Source of the DNA: Candidatus Azambacteria bacterium
GTDB lineage: Bacteria; Patescibacteriota; Minisyncoccia; GWC2-36-17; WO2-46-25
Length of the DNA: 64,000 bases
Assembly: GCA_016234725.1 (NCBI GenBank)
Contig: JACRAK010000019.1
Span: 5,801-69,800, forward strand
Direction of reading: 5' to 3'
Shown: piece after piece, positions 49,445-58,730 of the stretch
How positions within the stretch are numbered: position 1 is the stretch's first letter
Layout: every line of letters begins with the position of its first letter
Program-made: the position numbers and the translations under genes
The notes under the pieces: generated by a model
The model's input: the letters and a program-made list of their open reading frames with translations, nothing else
What the model was told of the DNA's origin: nothing
Database searches by the model: none

Positions 49445-51000
49445 AGAAAATTGTTTTTGTAAGTATCGCGTTGTTTCTTTTATCCGCATCATATGCGGCG
49501 CCTTTTTTTGTATTCGCGCAGGCAGGTAATGGCGCCGTGGAATACGGCATATCGGAACCAAAAGACAGCGACCTTGATGGACTTACGGATCAGGGAGAGA
49601 TACAGGTATTTAAAACAGATCCTCTAGACCAAGATACTGATGGTGACGGATATTTGGATGGCGAAGAGGTGATGCTCGGGAGCGACCCGCTTGATCGGCA
49701 CGATCCGGAACGCTTTTTGATGTCGCGTACGGCAGAAGGGGATGTGGTAAAAGACGCGACCGCCTTGCCGTGGTATGTCGCCCGCGCGGCGGGGCTTGAA
49801 GCGTATCTGTTGTTGTTTGTGATCACCGTACTCGGTATCGGCCTATATACGCAGTTTATCTTCCGTGTCATGCGTTCGGAAAATGCGCTGATGTTCCATA
49901 AATATCTTTCCGTGCTCACGGGAGCGGTGCTTGCCGTACATGTGGGCGCGCTGTTGTTCGATGCGTTCATGAATTTCAGCGTGTATGAAGTGCTTGTGCC
50001 TTTTTTGTCGCATTATCAAAATATATATGCGAGTATGGGCATTTTTGCGATGTATCTTTTCATCATTATCGTCGCAACTTCGCTGGTTATCCGCACTCTC
50101 TACCCGCGGTTTTGGCGACTGACGCATTATCTCGTGTATCCGCTGTTTGTGCTGTCGTTCGCGCACGGCGTGCTTATCGGTACCGATACGTCCTTTGCGC
50201 TGATGCAGGCGATGTATTGGGCGACCGGCATCATCGGCGTTGCGCTCATCGCGTACCGTATCGCATATCCGTATTTGCAGAAAAAATATCCCTGCCGCAT
50301 CGTGCATATCGGCATGATGACAAAAGATATCGTGGCAGTAGAGCTCGCGAGAGAAGACGGAAATGAATTTCCGGCATTCGTCCCGGGCCAATATGCCGCG
50401 CTCACGTATCGCGACGCGCGCGGGACAATGACGCACAAACATTATTTTTCATTTGCGAGTTCTCCGGCAAACAGAAGGACGGTGCGTTTCGGCATCAAGG
50501 TGATGGGCAATTTCACGCAAGGGCTTGTCCGTATGAAAACGGGGGATAAGATAGTATTGCAAGGGCCGTACGGTGATTTTATATTCAAAGAAAAGCAGAT
50601 GCATCGCGCGGTGTTTATCGCGGGCGGTATCGGTATCACGCCGTTTATGAGCGCGCTTTGCTATGCGCGCGACACAGGCATCGCAAACGACCTTACGCTT
50701 ATATTCAACAACCGTTCGCGTGAAGCGGCTCCATTTGTTGAGGAGATCGGCTCCATCGCGCGACAGAACCCTAAGAGCAAATGTTTTTTCTCGGTGAGCG
50801 ACGACCCGGAAGCGCCCGAAGGATTTTTGAAAGGAAGAGTTGATGAGAAAATGATACGCGCGTGCGTGAACAATGATCTTCACGATACCTATTTTCTCGT
50901 GTGCGGCTCGCCTCCGTTCATGGATGCGGTGATACGCACTCTGCGCCGATGCGGCGTGCGCCAGCAGTATATTCGCAAAGAATACTTTACCGCGTATTAA
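49441..51000 (+). CDS. ferric-reductase/NOX-like flavocytochrome (bis-heme TM domain plus FAD/NAD(P)-binding) with N-terminal Asp-rich TSP3-like repeats
   Basis: Signal peptide; DSDLDGLTD…DQDTDGDGYLDGEE; paired His in TM helices; FNR-like PGQYAALTY and GGIGITP. ATGA overlap with apbE. Confidence 0.75.
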   Translation: MKKIVFVSIALFLLSASYAAPFFVFAQAGNGAVEYGISEPKDSDLDGLTDQGEIQVFKTDPLDQDTDGDGYLDGEEVMLGSDPLDRHDPERFLMSRTAEGDVVKDATALPWYVARAAGLEAYLLLFVITVLGIGLYTQFIFRVMRSENALMFHKYLSVLTGAVLAVHVGALLFDAFMNFSVYEVLVPFLSHYQNIYASMGIFAMYLFIIIVATSLVIRTLYPRFWRLTHYLVYPLFVLSFAHGVLIGTDTSFALMQAMYWATGIIGVALIAYRIAYPYLQKKYPCRIVHIGMMTKDIVAVELAREDGNEFPAFVPGQYAALTYRDARGTMTHKHYFSFASSPANRRTVRFGIKVMGNFTQGLVRMKTGDKIVLQGPYGDFIFKEKQMHRAVFIAGGIGITPFMSALCYARDTGIANDLTLIFNNRSREAAPFVEEIGSIARQNPKSKCFFSVSDDPEAPEGFLKGRVDEKMIRACVNNDLHDTYFLVCGSPPFMDAVIRTLRRCGVRQQYIRKEYFTAY

Positions 51001-51086
51001 TAACGTTTTGCGTTCAGAGTAACAACCCGCTTTGCTTACTGTCATCAGGTGTAGTATTATTATTTGTTATTGTTTATCACATTCAC

Positions 51087-52220
51087 ATGGACATCGTCAC
51101 TGACCATAAAAAAGATCCTGTTGGGCCCGAATACATTATCAAAGCGCACAATCCGAAACTTGGTGTTTGGGGGTTTTTGGTCATCGACAATACGGTGCTT
51201 GGTCCCGGGAAAGGCGGTATCCGCATGACCCCAACTGTCACCGAAGAGGAAGTATTCCGGCTCGCGCGCGCCATGACGTTCAAAAATGCCATTGCGGGCA
51301 TTCCGTTTGGCGGGGCGAAATCGGGCATAGTATTTGATCCGAAATCGGCGGACAAAAAAACAAAAAAAGAAATCATACAGTGGTTTGCGCGCGCGATGCG
51401 CCCTTTTATTCCTTCTGCATATATCGCGGGGCCTGATGTTAATACGACGGAGACCGAGATGAAGTGGTTTGTGGAAGCGATCCGAAATAAAAAAGGAGCG
51501 ACAGGAAAACCGAAATCGATCGGTGGTCTTCCCCACGAACTTGGCAGTACCGGCTTTGGTGTTGCGTGCGCGGCGAAGATCGCGCTTGAATACGCGGATA
51601 TTCCAGTGCGCGGCGCAACGGTTGCTATTGAAGGATATGGCAATGTCGGTACATTTGCGCACAAGTTTCTTGAAGAGATGGGCGCGAGGATCGTTGCGGT
51701 CTCCGATTCAAAAGGGACGGCATATCACATCGACGGGCTTTCTCATACGGCGCTTATGCGAGTGAAAAAAGAAAACGGATCAGTTGTGTATTATCCGGAG
51801 GCGCGACAGCTGGGCAAAGAAGAAATTTTTTCGCTCGATATAGATGTTCTTATTCCCGCGGCTCTTCCCGACGTTATCCATGAAAAAAATAGTGATGCCG
51901 TGCGCGCAAAAGTGATCGTAGAGGGCGCGAATATCCCGATGCAGCACGATGTTGAAGACGCGCTACATGCGCGAGGTGTACTCATCGTGCCGGACATCGT
52001 TGCGAATGCAGGCGGTGTCATTTCTTCATATGCGGAACATAAAGGATATACTGAAAAACGCATGTTTACGCTTGTTGAGGAAAAGATCAGTGCGAGTACG
52101 CGGGAGATAATGGGGATAATGAAAAAAACAGGGAAAAATCCGCGCGCGATCGCAATGGAGATTGCACATAGACGAATAACGAAAAACGCCCGGGGCCATC
52201 GGATGGCATCGACACAGTAA
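51087..52220 (+). CDS. gdh: glutamate dehydrogenase (Glu/Leu/Phe/Val dehydrogenase family)
   Basis: Catalytic GGxK motif (LGPGKGGIRM); Rossmann GYGNVG. Start chosen at MDIVTD. Confidence 0.85.
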   Translation: MDIVTDHKKDPVGPEYIIKAHNPKLGVWGFLVIDNTVLGPGKGGIRMTPTVTEEEVFRLARAMTFKNAIAGIPFGGAKSGIVFDPKSADKKTKKEIIQWFARAMRPFIPSAYIAGPDVNTTETEMKWFVEAIRNKKGATGKPKSIGGLPHELGSTGFGVACAAKIALEYADIPVRGATVAIEGYGNVGTFAHKFLEEMGARIVAVSDSKGTAYHIDGLSHTALMRVKKENGSVVYYPEARQLGKEEIFSLDIDVLIPAALPDVIHEKNSDAVRAKVIVEGANIPMQHDVEDALHARGVLIVPDIVANAGGVISSYAEHKGYTEKRMFTLVEEKISASTREIMGIMKKTGKNPRAIAMEIAHRRITKNARGHRMASTQ

Positions 52221-52248
52221 AAGGAGGTATTTTATAGATATAAGTACA

Positions 52249-52283
52249 ACAAAACAGCCACGAGAGCGGCTGTTTTGTATTTC
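52249..52283 (+). terminator. intrinsic terminator (aaaacagccacgagagcggctgttttgtattt)
   Basis: Hairpin plus U-tract after gdh. Confidence 0.65.
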
Positions 52284-52338
52284 CCTATTCTTAAAATTGC
52301 TGATATATTGATTTGAGAATTCATTCTGTCGGAAAAAT

Positions 52339-53025
52339 ATGAAAAGCGCCGGAATACGCATCAATAAATATATTCGCGACCAGGGGCTTGCGTCGCGCCG
52401 CGAGGCCGATGAGCTTATTGCCAAAGGCAAAGTGCTGGTGAACGGCAAGCGCGCGAAAGAAGGCATGCTGATAACCGATGCCGACGAAGTGACGTTCGCA
52501 GAAGAGTACGCTTCGCCCGATCATCAGTATTATGCGTACTACAAGCCGCAAGGGCTTGCGACGCAGGCGCCGGAGGGGCAACGAAGCGTGATCACCGATT
52601 GGAAAAAACGGGGCATGTTTCCCGTGGGGCGGCTTGATAAAGAATCGGAAGGGCTTTTGCTTATGACCAATGATCGGCGGTTCACGACGCAGATAGTCGG
52701 TGCGGCATCGGACGTGGAAAAAGAATATCTGGTCCATGTGCGGGAGCCGATACGCCAAGGCATCCCCGCGATCCTCAAAAAAGGAATGGATACCGAAGCG
52801 TTCGGCAAACTTCTTCCTGCGGATGCGCATATCGCAGGCAAGAACGCGATACATATCACTTTGAAAGAAGGGAAGCGGCACCAGATACGCGTGATGCTTT
52901 CCGAGCTCGGGTTTACCGTCACATCGCTCAAGCGCATCCGGGTCGGGCACGTGCAGATCGGCGGGTTGCGCGCAGGGGAGGCGCGCGCTTTAACCAAGGG
53001 CGAGGTAAAGAAATTTTTCCAATAG
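52339..53025 (+). CDS. RsuA/RluB-family rRNA pseudouridine synthase (S4 domain plus catalytic domain)
   Basis: S4 motif (IRINKYIRDQGLASRREADELI) and catalytic GRLDKESEGLLLMTND. Confidence 0.8.
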   Translation: MKSAGIRINKYIRDQGLASRREADELIAKGKVLVNGKRAKEGMLITDADEVTFAEEYASPDHQYYAYYKPQGLATQAPEGQRSVITDWKKRGMFPVGRLDKESEGLLLMTNDRRFTTQIVGAASDVEKEYLVHVREPIRQGIPAILKKGMDTEAFGKLLPADAHIAGKNAIHITLKEGKRHQIRVMLSELGFTVTSLKRIRVGHVQIGGLRAGEARALTKGEVKKFFQ

Positions 53026-53039
53026 CTTTTCACTACAAA

Positions 53040-53152
53040 ACATCATCTGCTTCGTTCCGCCTCCGTGTCTTGCCTTGCTGTACTTATAGTACAGCTTCGG
53101 CTTCGATACTCGGCGCGCCTCGCATCTGACGTTTTGTAATGAAAAGCGTGAT
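53040..53152. repeat. 16-bp inverted repeat (cttttcactacaaaac / gttttgtaatgaaaag) enclosing about 80 nt with a central palindrome gctgtacttatagtacagc
   Basis: Read directly, upstream of xfp. A -10 box (ggtataat) follows at about 53166-53173. Confidence 0.55.
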
Positions 53153-53196
53153 AATAACTTTTAAGGTATAATAGAAAGAATGTATAAGCAACACAC

Positions 53197-55530
53197 ATGA
53201 CGCCTATCGAGCAGATAAAAAAATACGTGCGGGCGGCGAATTATCTCGCCGTTGCGCAGTTGTATTTACAAGACAACTTTTTACTCGAGCGGCCGCTGTC
53301 GTTTGACGACATCAAGCCGCGGCTGTTGGGCCACTGGGGAACGTGCCCCGGCATCAATTTCGTCTATGCGAATCTGAACTACCTCATTAAAAAGCATAAC
53401 GCGTCGATGCTTTTTTTGCTCGGGCCGGGGCATGGGTTTCCCGCATTGCAGGCAAATCTTTTTTTGGAGGGCACGCTGAAAAATTATTATCCCGAAGCGA
53501 CGCATGACGAGAAAGGCGTCGGCTATGTCGTAAAGAATTTCAGCTGGCCGCGCGGGTTCCCGAGTCACAGCAACCCGGGCGCGCCGGGCGTTATTGTGGA
53601 AGGCGGCGAGCTCGGCTATTCGCTGTCGACCGCATACGGCGCTATTTTGGACAATCCCGACTTGATCGCGGCGTGCCTCGTGGGGGACGGCGAAGCGGAA
53701 ACGGGGGCAACGGCGACCGCGTGGCATTTGAATAAATTCATCGATCCGGCCTCAAACGGCGCGGTGTTGCCGATCTTGCATGTGAACGGATATAAGATAT
53801 CCGGCCCGACGATATTCGGGAGAATGTCCAACAAAGAACTCAAGGCGCTGTTTGTCGGCTACGGGTATCAGCCGATCATCGTTGAAGGCAAAGACCCGTA
53901 TGAAAAAATGGCCGGCGCGCTTGAAGAAGCGTACCAGCTTATTCGTTCTATCCAACAGCGCGCGCGCGGAGGGGAAATGGTTGTGGCGCCGCATTTTCCA
54001 ATGATCGTTCTCAAAACGCTCAAAGGATGGACAGGTATTAAAAAACTCGGCAAGGATAAAATAGAGGGCAACTGCCTGGCGCACCAGGTCGTCGCCACGG
54101 AAGCAAAGACCGACCGCGCGCAATTGAAGGCGGTTGAAAAATGGATGCGCTCATACGCATTTCACGAACTTTTCGATAAGCAGAACGGATTTATCGGCGA
54201 CATACAAGGACTCATACCCGAGGGCGACCTGAGAATGGGGGAGAGCAAGCATGCGTTCCCTGATCGGGTGCGTAAAGACCTTATCTTGCCGGACATGCAC
54301 GCGTTCTCCGAGGATACGTCCGTTCCCGGCACGGTGGGGTCAAGCAGTATGCGCGCCACCGGGACGTATTTGAAAAAACTTTTTGAACTGAACAGCGACG
54401 CTAAGAATTTTCGTTTGATGTCACCGGATGAAACGTATTCCAACAAGCTCGATGACGTATTCGGGGCGACCGCGCGGCCGTTCGTATGGCCGACGGAAAG
54501 GTGGGACAAAGATATTTCGCGCGACGGCAGGGTGATGGAAATGCTAAGCGAACATTCTTTGATGGGGCTGACGCAGGGGTATATCCTCACCGGCAGGCAC
54601 GCCATCTTTTCTTCATACGAGGCGTTCGTGCAGGTGATCGCGAGCATGGCTGATCAGTATGCGAAATTCCTGCGCGTTGCACGGAGAACGCCGTGGCGGG
54701 GAAGCGTGTCCTCGATGAACTTCATTCTTACGTCGTCGGGGTGGCGGCAGGAGCATAACGGCTTTTCGCATCAGAACCCCGGCTTCATCGACAACATGCT
54801 TGAAAAACACGGGTGCTTCATCAACGTGTATTTCCCGCCCGATGCCAACAGCACGCTCACGGTTCTGGATAAATGCCTTCGTTCAAAAAATGAGATCAAC
54901 ATCATCGTCGCCGGAAAGACCGTTGAGCCGCGGTGGCTGACGATCGAACGGGCGAAGACCGAGCTGACGCGCGGGCTGATGGTGTGGGATTTCGCGAGCG
55001 ACGAGAACCCCGACATCGTATTTTCTTCAGCGGGCGATTATATCACCAAAGAAACGCTTGCGGCGGTCGATATCTTGAAGCGGGAGGCGCCCGAAGTGAA
55101 GGTGCGGTTCGTGAATATTTTAGAGCTTACCGCGCTTGGCATCGGCAACCAGGAGTGCCGTTTGCCGCTCCATGATTTCGACGATTATTTCACCGCGGAC
55201 AAGCCGGTGATCTTTAATTTCCACGGGTATCCCGAAGCATTGAAACAAATGCTGTTTGGGAGGGAGAACACCGCGCGGTTTTTCGTGCACGGGTATATCG
55301 AGCACGGCTCGACCACGACGACATTCGATATGCAGGTGCGGAATAAAACAAGCCGGTGGCACTTGGTGATGGAAGCGATGGGTATTTTGGCGGGGCGGGG
55401 CGTGGTCGCGCGGGAAAAGGCGGACAGCGTGATACAGGCATACGAACAGAAATTAAAAGACCATGGCGAGTACATCATACAATACGGCACCGATATGGAT
55501 GAAATAAAAAATTGGGAATGGTCCCGTTAG
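53197..55530 (+). CDS. xfp: xylulose-5-phosphate/fructose-6-phosphate phosphoketolase
   Basis: 777 aa; GHWGTCPG and the TPP-binding GDGE motif. The overall XFP architecture is unmistakable. Confidence 0.9.
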   Translation: MTPIEQIKKYVRAANYLAVAQLYLQDNFLLERPLSFDDIKPRLLGHWGTCPGINFVYANLNYLIKKHNASMLFLLGPGHGFPALQANLFLEGTLKNYYPEATHDEKGVGYVVKNFSWPRGFPSHSNPGAPGVIVEGGELGYSLSTAYGAILDNPDLIAACLVGDGEAETGATATAWHLNKFIDPASNGAVLPILHVNGYKISGPTIFGRMSNKELKALFVGYGYQPIIVEGKDPYEKMAGALEEAYQLIRSIQQRARGGEMVVAPHFPMIVLKTLKGWTGIKKLGKDKIEGNCLAHQVVATEAKTDRAQLKAVEKWMRSYAFHELFDKQNGFIGDIQGLIPEGDLRMGESKHAFPDRVRKDLILPDMHAFSEDTSVPGTVGSSSMRATGTYLKKLFELNSDAKNFRLMSPDETYSNKLDDVFGATARPFVWPTERWDKDISRDGRVMEMLSEHSLMGLTQGYILTGRHAIFSSYEAFVQVIASMADQYAKFLRVARRTPWRGSVSSMNFILTSSGWRQEHNGFSHQNPGFIDNMLEKHGCFINVYFPPDANSTLTVLDKCLRSKNEINIIVAGKTVEPRWLTIERAKTELTRGLMVWDFASDENPDIVFSSAGDYITKETLAAVDILKREAPEVKVRFVNILELTALGIGNQECRLPLHDFDDYFTADKPVIFNFHGYPEALKQMLFGRENTARFFVHGYIEHGSTTTTFDMQVRNKTSRWHLVMEAMGILAGRGVVAREKADSVIQAYEQKLKDHGEYIIQYGTDMDEIKNWEWSR

Positions 55531-56729
55531 AAATTTATGCAGTGGAAAAGAAATATTTAGTCGTTAATTTAGGCAGTGCGTCAAAAAAATACGCGCTGTA
55601 TGAGGGCGGCAAGGAGCTTTTTTCCGCGCATTACGAGAAAGAGGGAAGCAGGGTCATCGTCACCGAAGGAAAAAGCGGCGCGCGGATAAAAAGCGTGATC
55701 ACGCCGCAGGATTATGAGGCGAGCGCGAAACGGCTTGCCGATCTTTGTATCGCTTCCGGGTGCATCGCTACGCTCAAAGATATCAGCGCGGTGGGCTTTC
55801 GCGTCGTTGCATCGAGTGAGTATTTCAATGCGACAAAGCACATTGACGGCGAGTATCGTGCAAAGCTCGCAGAGGAGTACGAAATCGCGCCTTTGCATGT
55901 TGCGGTGGTTTCAAAAGGCATCGAAGAGGTGTATGCACTGTTTCCTGAAACGCCGCTTGTCGCGGTGTCAGACAGTGCGTTTCACGCGGAGCTTCCCGAT
56001 CACGCGCGGACATACGCATTGCCCATGGAGGACTCACAGAAGCTTTCGCTGTACCGGTACGGGTATCACGGCATATCCATACGCTCGGTGCTTCATACGA
56101 TACAGGGGCTGGCGGGCGCGGTGCCTGCGCGGGTCATTGTGTGCCACTTGGGCGGCGGCGCAAGCGTGACGGCGGTGAAAAACGGGAAAAGCGTTGATAC
56201 GTCCATGGGGTTCACGCCGCTTGAGGGGCTCGTGATGGCAACAAGGGTGGGGGATATCGACAGTGGCGCGCTTATCTATCTTGCCCGGAAGCTCGGGCTG
56301 TCTTTGGAAGCACTTGATGAATATCTCAATCACCAATGCGGCCTGCTGGGGTTGTCGGGCGGGAAGGAGAGCGGCGTGCGCGAACTTATCGAACTTGAGA
56401 AGGCGGGTGATGCGCATGCGAAGCTCGCGCTTGCGGTATTCGTGTACCGCATCAAAAAATATATCGGCGCGTATACGGCCGCGCTCGGCGGTTTGGATAT
56501 GCTTGTTTTTACCGCTACCATCGGCGAGCGCTCGAGCATCACCCGCGCGCGCATATGCGAGGGGCTTGAGTGTTTGGGCATAACAATCGATGAACTGAAA
56601 AATAACCTTATTATCGGCGCTACATCTGATTTCATAGACGACGGCAAGCACTCGGCGAAAGTGGCGGTCATCAGGACCGATGAGATGGGCCAGATCCTTG
56701 CCGATATGACGGCGTTTCTCGAGAGTTAA
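55512..56729 (+). CDS. ackA: acetate kinase
   Basis: LVVNLGSASKKYALY N-terminus and HLGGGASV. Overlaps the xfp stop. Confidence 0.9.
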   Translation: MGMVPLEIYAVEKKYLVVNLGSASKKYALYEGGKELFSAHYEKEGSRVIVTEGKSGARIKSVITPQDYEASAKRLADLCIASGCIATLKDISAVGFRVVASSEYFNATKHIDGEYRAKLAEEYEIAPLHVAVVSKGIEEVYALFPETPLVAVSDSAFHAELPDHARTYALPMEDSQKLSLYRYGYHGISIRSVLHTIQGLAGAVPARVIVCHLGGGASVTAVKNGKSVDTSMGFTPLEGLVMATRVGDIDSGALIYLARKLGLSLEALDEYLNHQCGLLGLSGGKESGVRELIELEKAGDAHAKLALAVFVYRIKKYIGAYTAALGGLDMLVFTATIGERSSITRARICEGLECLGITIDELKNNLIIGATSDFIDDGKHSAKVAVIRTDEMGQILADMTAFLES

Positions 56730-56756
56730 AGCCGGTAACCGCCTTTGAGACATAAT

Positions 56757-56786
56757 AAAACCCTCTGCTGTGGCGGAGGGTTTTTT
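56757..56786 (+). terminator. intrinsic terminator (aaaaccctctgctgtggcggagggtttttt)
   Basis: Hairpin plus U-tract after ackA. Confidence 0.7.
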
Positions 56787-57097
56787 ATTCAGGCGTCATT
56801 TTCTGAAGGAAAAAGAAAAGCTCTAACATTGTTAGAGCTTTTATATAGGGAGGGTCGAAAAATCCGACCCGATATTTGCATGATGGTTAATACCATCAAT
56901 GTGCTATATGAAACTAATGTCTCATATGACTCAAGTATAGCAAACCTAAAAGTGTCGTCAATAATGCGCCTGTGGATAACTTTTACCTCACCACTCAGAG
57001 GGTATTGACCCCGTTACAGCATCGCAGTTACATTGTTGTTTTCATATCATCATAAGGCGAAGCCGCTTTACGGCTTTTAGCAGGGAATACATGGCGG

Positions 57098-58090
57098 CAC
57101 GTATAATGCTGTAACGGGGTGTTTTCTAATCAATAGCTTGGAATAGTTTTAATGACTTCATGTGGCGTCTTCATGCCGAGCCCCATATGTGGTCGTTCGG
57201 TGTTGTAATAGCGTAAATACTCAGGTATCTCTTTCTCCCAGCTTCGCAATGTTCGGGGAATCCTGCGCAGGCATTCCTGCTGGATCGTACGGTTGAACCG
57301 TTCCAGGTGCCCGTTGTCGGTGGGTGTGCGCACCCTTGAGTGCCGGTGATCCATATCCCGCTCACTCGCACGAAGCGTGAGCCACTTGGAGAATTCCGGT
57401 CCGTGGTCTGACTGCAGTGTTTGAAACGGAAATGGTGCATATCCCTGCGCTTCTTCCACGAACCGAAGACTCCGGTGCGTATTGATGCGCGGCACAGGCA
57501 TGGCATGCGCCCACCGCGAGCACACATCCAGAAGTGTGTAGACATACAATTTCCGATCAGACGCCCCACTATGGATTGTATCGATTTCTACCAGTATTCC
57601 TGGCTTTTCGGGCAGGGGCCGCTCCGGATACTGATGCCATTTCTTCCACTTGGAGAAACGGGTGAGCCCGCACCGCTTCAGTACCCGTTTCACCGATGAA
57701 AGACTGACAAATACACCTTCCTGTGTCAGTCGCCAATGGAGGATCTCGGCGCATTGGTTCCGTTCCGCCCGGAGCGCGAGAATGCGATCGATCACATCCT
57801 GAGACAGCTCATCCGGATGATGGTGCGGACGGGATGAACGGGTGGGGATGCAATGCGCATTGGAAGGAAGTCGCTGTGCACGCTGCACCCATTTCACTAT
57901 GGTGCTCTGCGAGAAGCCGAAATGACGGGCGACCTGCACGGTGCTTGTGCCTTGAAGCACCATCCGTACGGCTTCCATACGAACTCGCTCGATATGCGGA
58001 TTTGTTGTATATGCCATGCTCATAGTGTACCAGGGGTATTCCAAGGTATTGAACCATTACACGGGGTTGACAAGATTCACGTGGTGTGCT
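57098..58090 (-). mobile_element. IS481-family insertion sequence with imperfect terminal inverted repeats
   Basis: A DDE/rve transposase gene is flanked by inverted repeats of about 28 bp (about 22/28 matching): gtgttttctaatcaatagcttggaatag (57109-57136) against the reverse complement of 58040-58067. Confidence 0.6.
57130..58044 (-). CDS. IS481-family transposase (HTH plus rve integrase core, DDE)
   Basis: N-terminal HTH (VQVARHFGFSQSTIVKW), DDE core (…DTIHS…, …QSDHGPEF…, …TDNGHLERFNRT…). Confidence 0.85.
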   Translation of the reverse strand: MEYPWYTMSMAYTTNPHIERVRMEAVRMVLQGTSTVQVARHFGFSQSTIVKWVQRAQRLPSNAHCIPTRSSRPHHHPDELSQDVIDRILALRAERNQCAEILHWRLTQEGVFVSLSSVKRVLKRCGLTRFSKWKKWHQYPERPLPEKPGILVEIDTIHSGASDRKLYVYTLLDVCSRWAHAMPVPRINTHRSLRFVEEAQGYAPFPFQTLQSDHGPEFSKWLTLRASERDMDHRHSRVRTPTDNGHLERFNRTIQQECLRRIPRTLRSWEKEIPEYLRYYNTERPHMGLGMKTPHEVIKTIPSY

Positions 58091-58168
58091 AATATGTTGC
58101 CCAGCATGAAGAAACCACGTAGTCGCGTGGTTTTTAGTTGAAAAGTAGCTAATCGTGAATATACAGAT

Positions 58169-58612
58169 ATGATCATCGCATTTTTAGCATTAGTGGGGGC
58201 GTTTTTGCAGCCGGGAACTCCGGTGTTGGCCGTTGCTCCGGAACAGGCGGAGATATCCGTTGCCGAAGAGGAGCGGGGAATTGAAGAACTTGAGAAAAAC
58301 GAACGCATTGCCCGGGTAATGAAGGGTGTCACGATGACCGCATACTCAAGCACGCCCGATCAGACCGACGATTCGCCATTTATTATGGCGAACGGAAAAC
58401 GGGTGTATGACGGCGCAGTGGCGGCAAACTTCTTGCCGTTTGGCGCGAAGGTACGATTCCCCGAACTGTACGGCGACAAGGTGTTTGTCGTAGAGGACAG
58501 GATGAACAGACGGTTCAATGACCGGATGGACATCTGGATGGAAACGAGAGGCGAGGCGATCAACTTCGGCATCCGCAAAACTACCGTAGAGATCTTGGAA
58601 GACGGCGTATAA
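58169..58612 (+). CDS. 3D (MltA-like) domain protein
   Basis: Signal peptide; TMTAYSS…DDSP…ANG…VAAN.LPFG…V…D…D…W motif of 3D domains. Confidence 0.7.
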   Translation: MIIAFLALVGAFLQPGTPVLAVAPEQAEISVAEEERGIEELEKNERIARVMKGVTMTAYSSTPDQTDDSPFIMANGKRVYDGAVAANFLPFGAKVRFPELYGDKVFVVEDRMNRRFNDRMDIWMETRGEAINFGIRKTTVEILEDGV

Positions 58613-58630
58613 AAAGAATTTTCAGCAAGC

Positions 58631-58665
58631 AAAAAAACCGCCGCGTTAGACGCGGCGGTTTTTTG
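58631..58665 (+). terminator. intrinsic terminator (aaaaaaaccgccgcgttagacgcggcggttttttg)
   Basis: Perfect 11-bp stem plus U-tract. Confidence 0.75.
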
Positions 58666-58730
58666 TAACAAATATGCGGCGGTGCGTCTTCTCTTGTACG
58701 GCGGTGCGCCGCGCCCTATAATACCTACCT

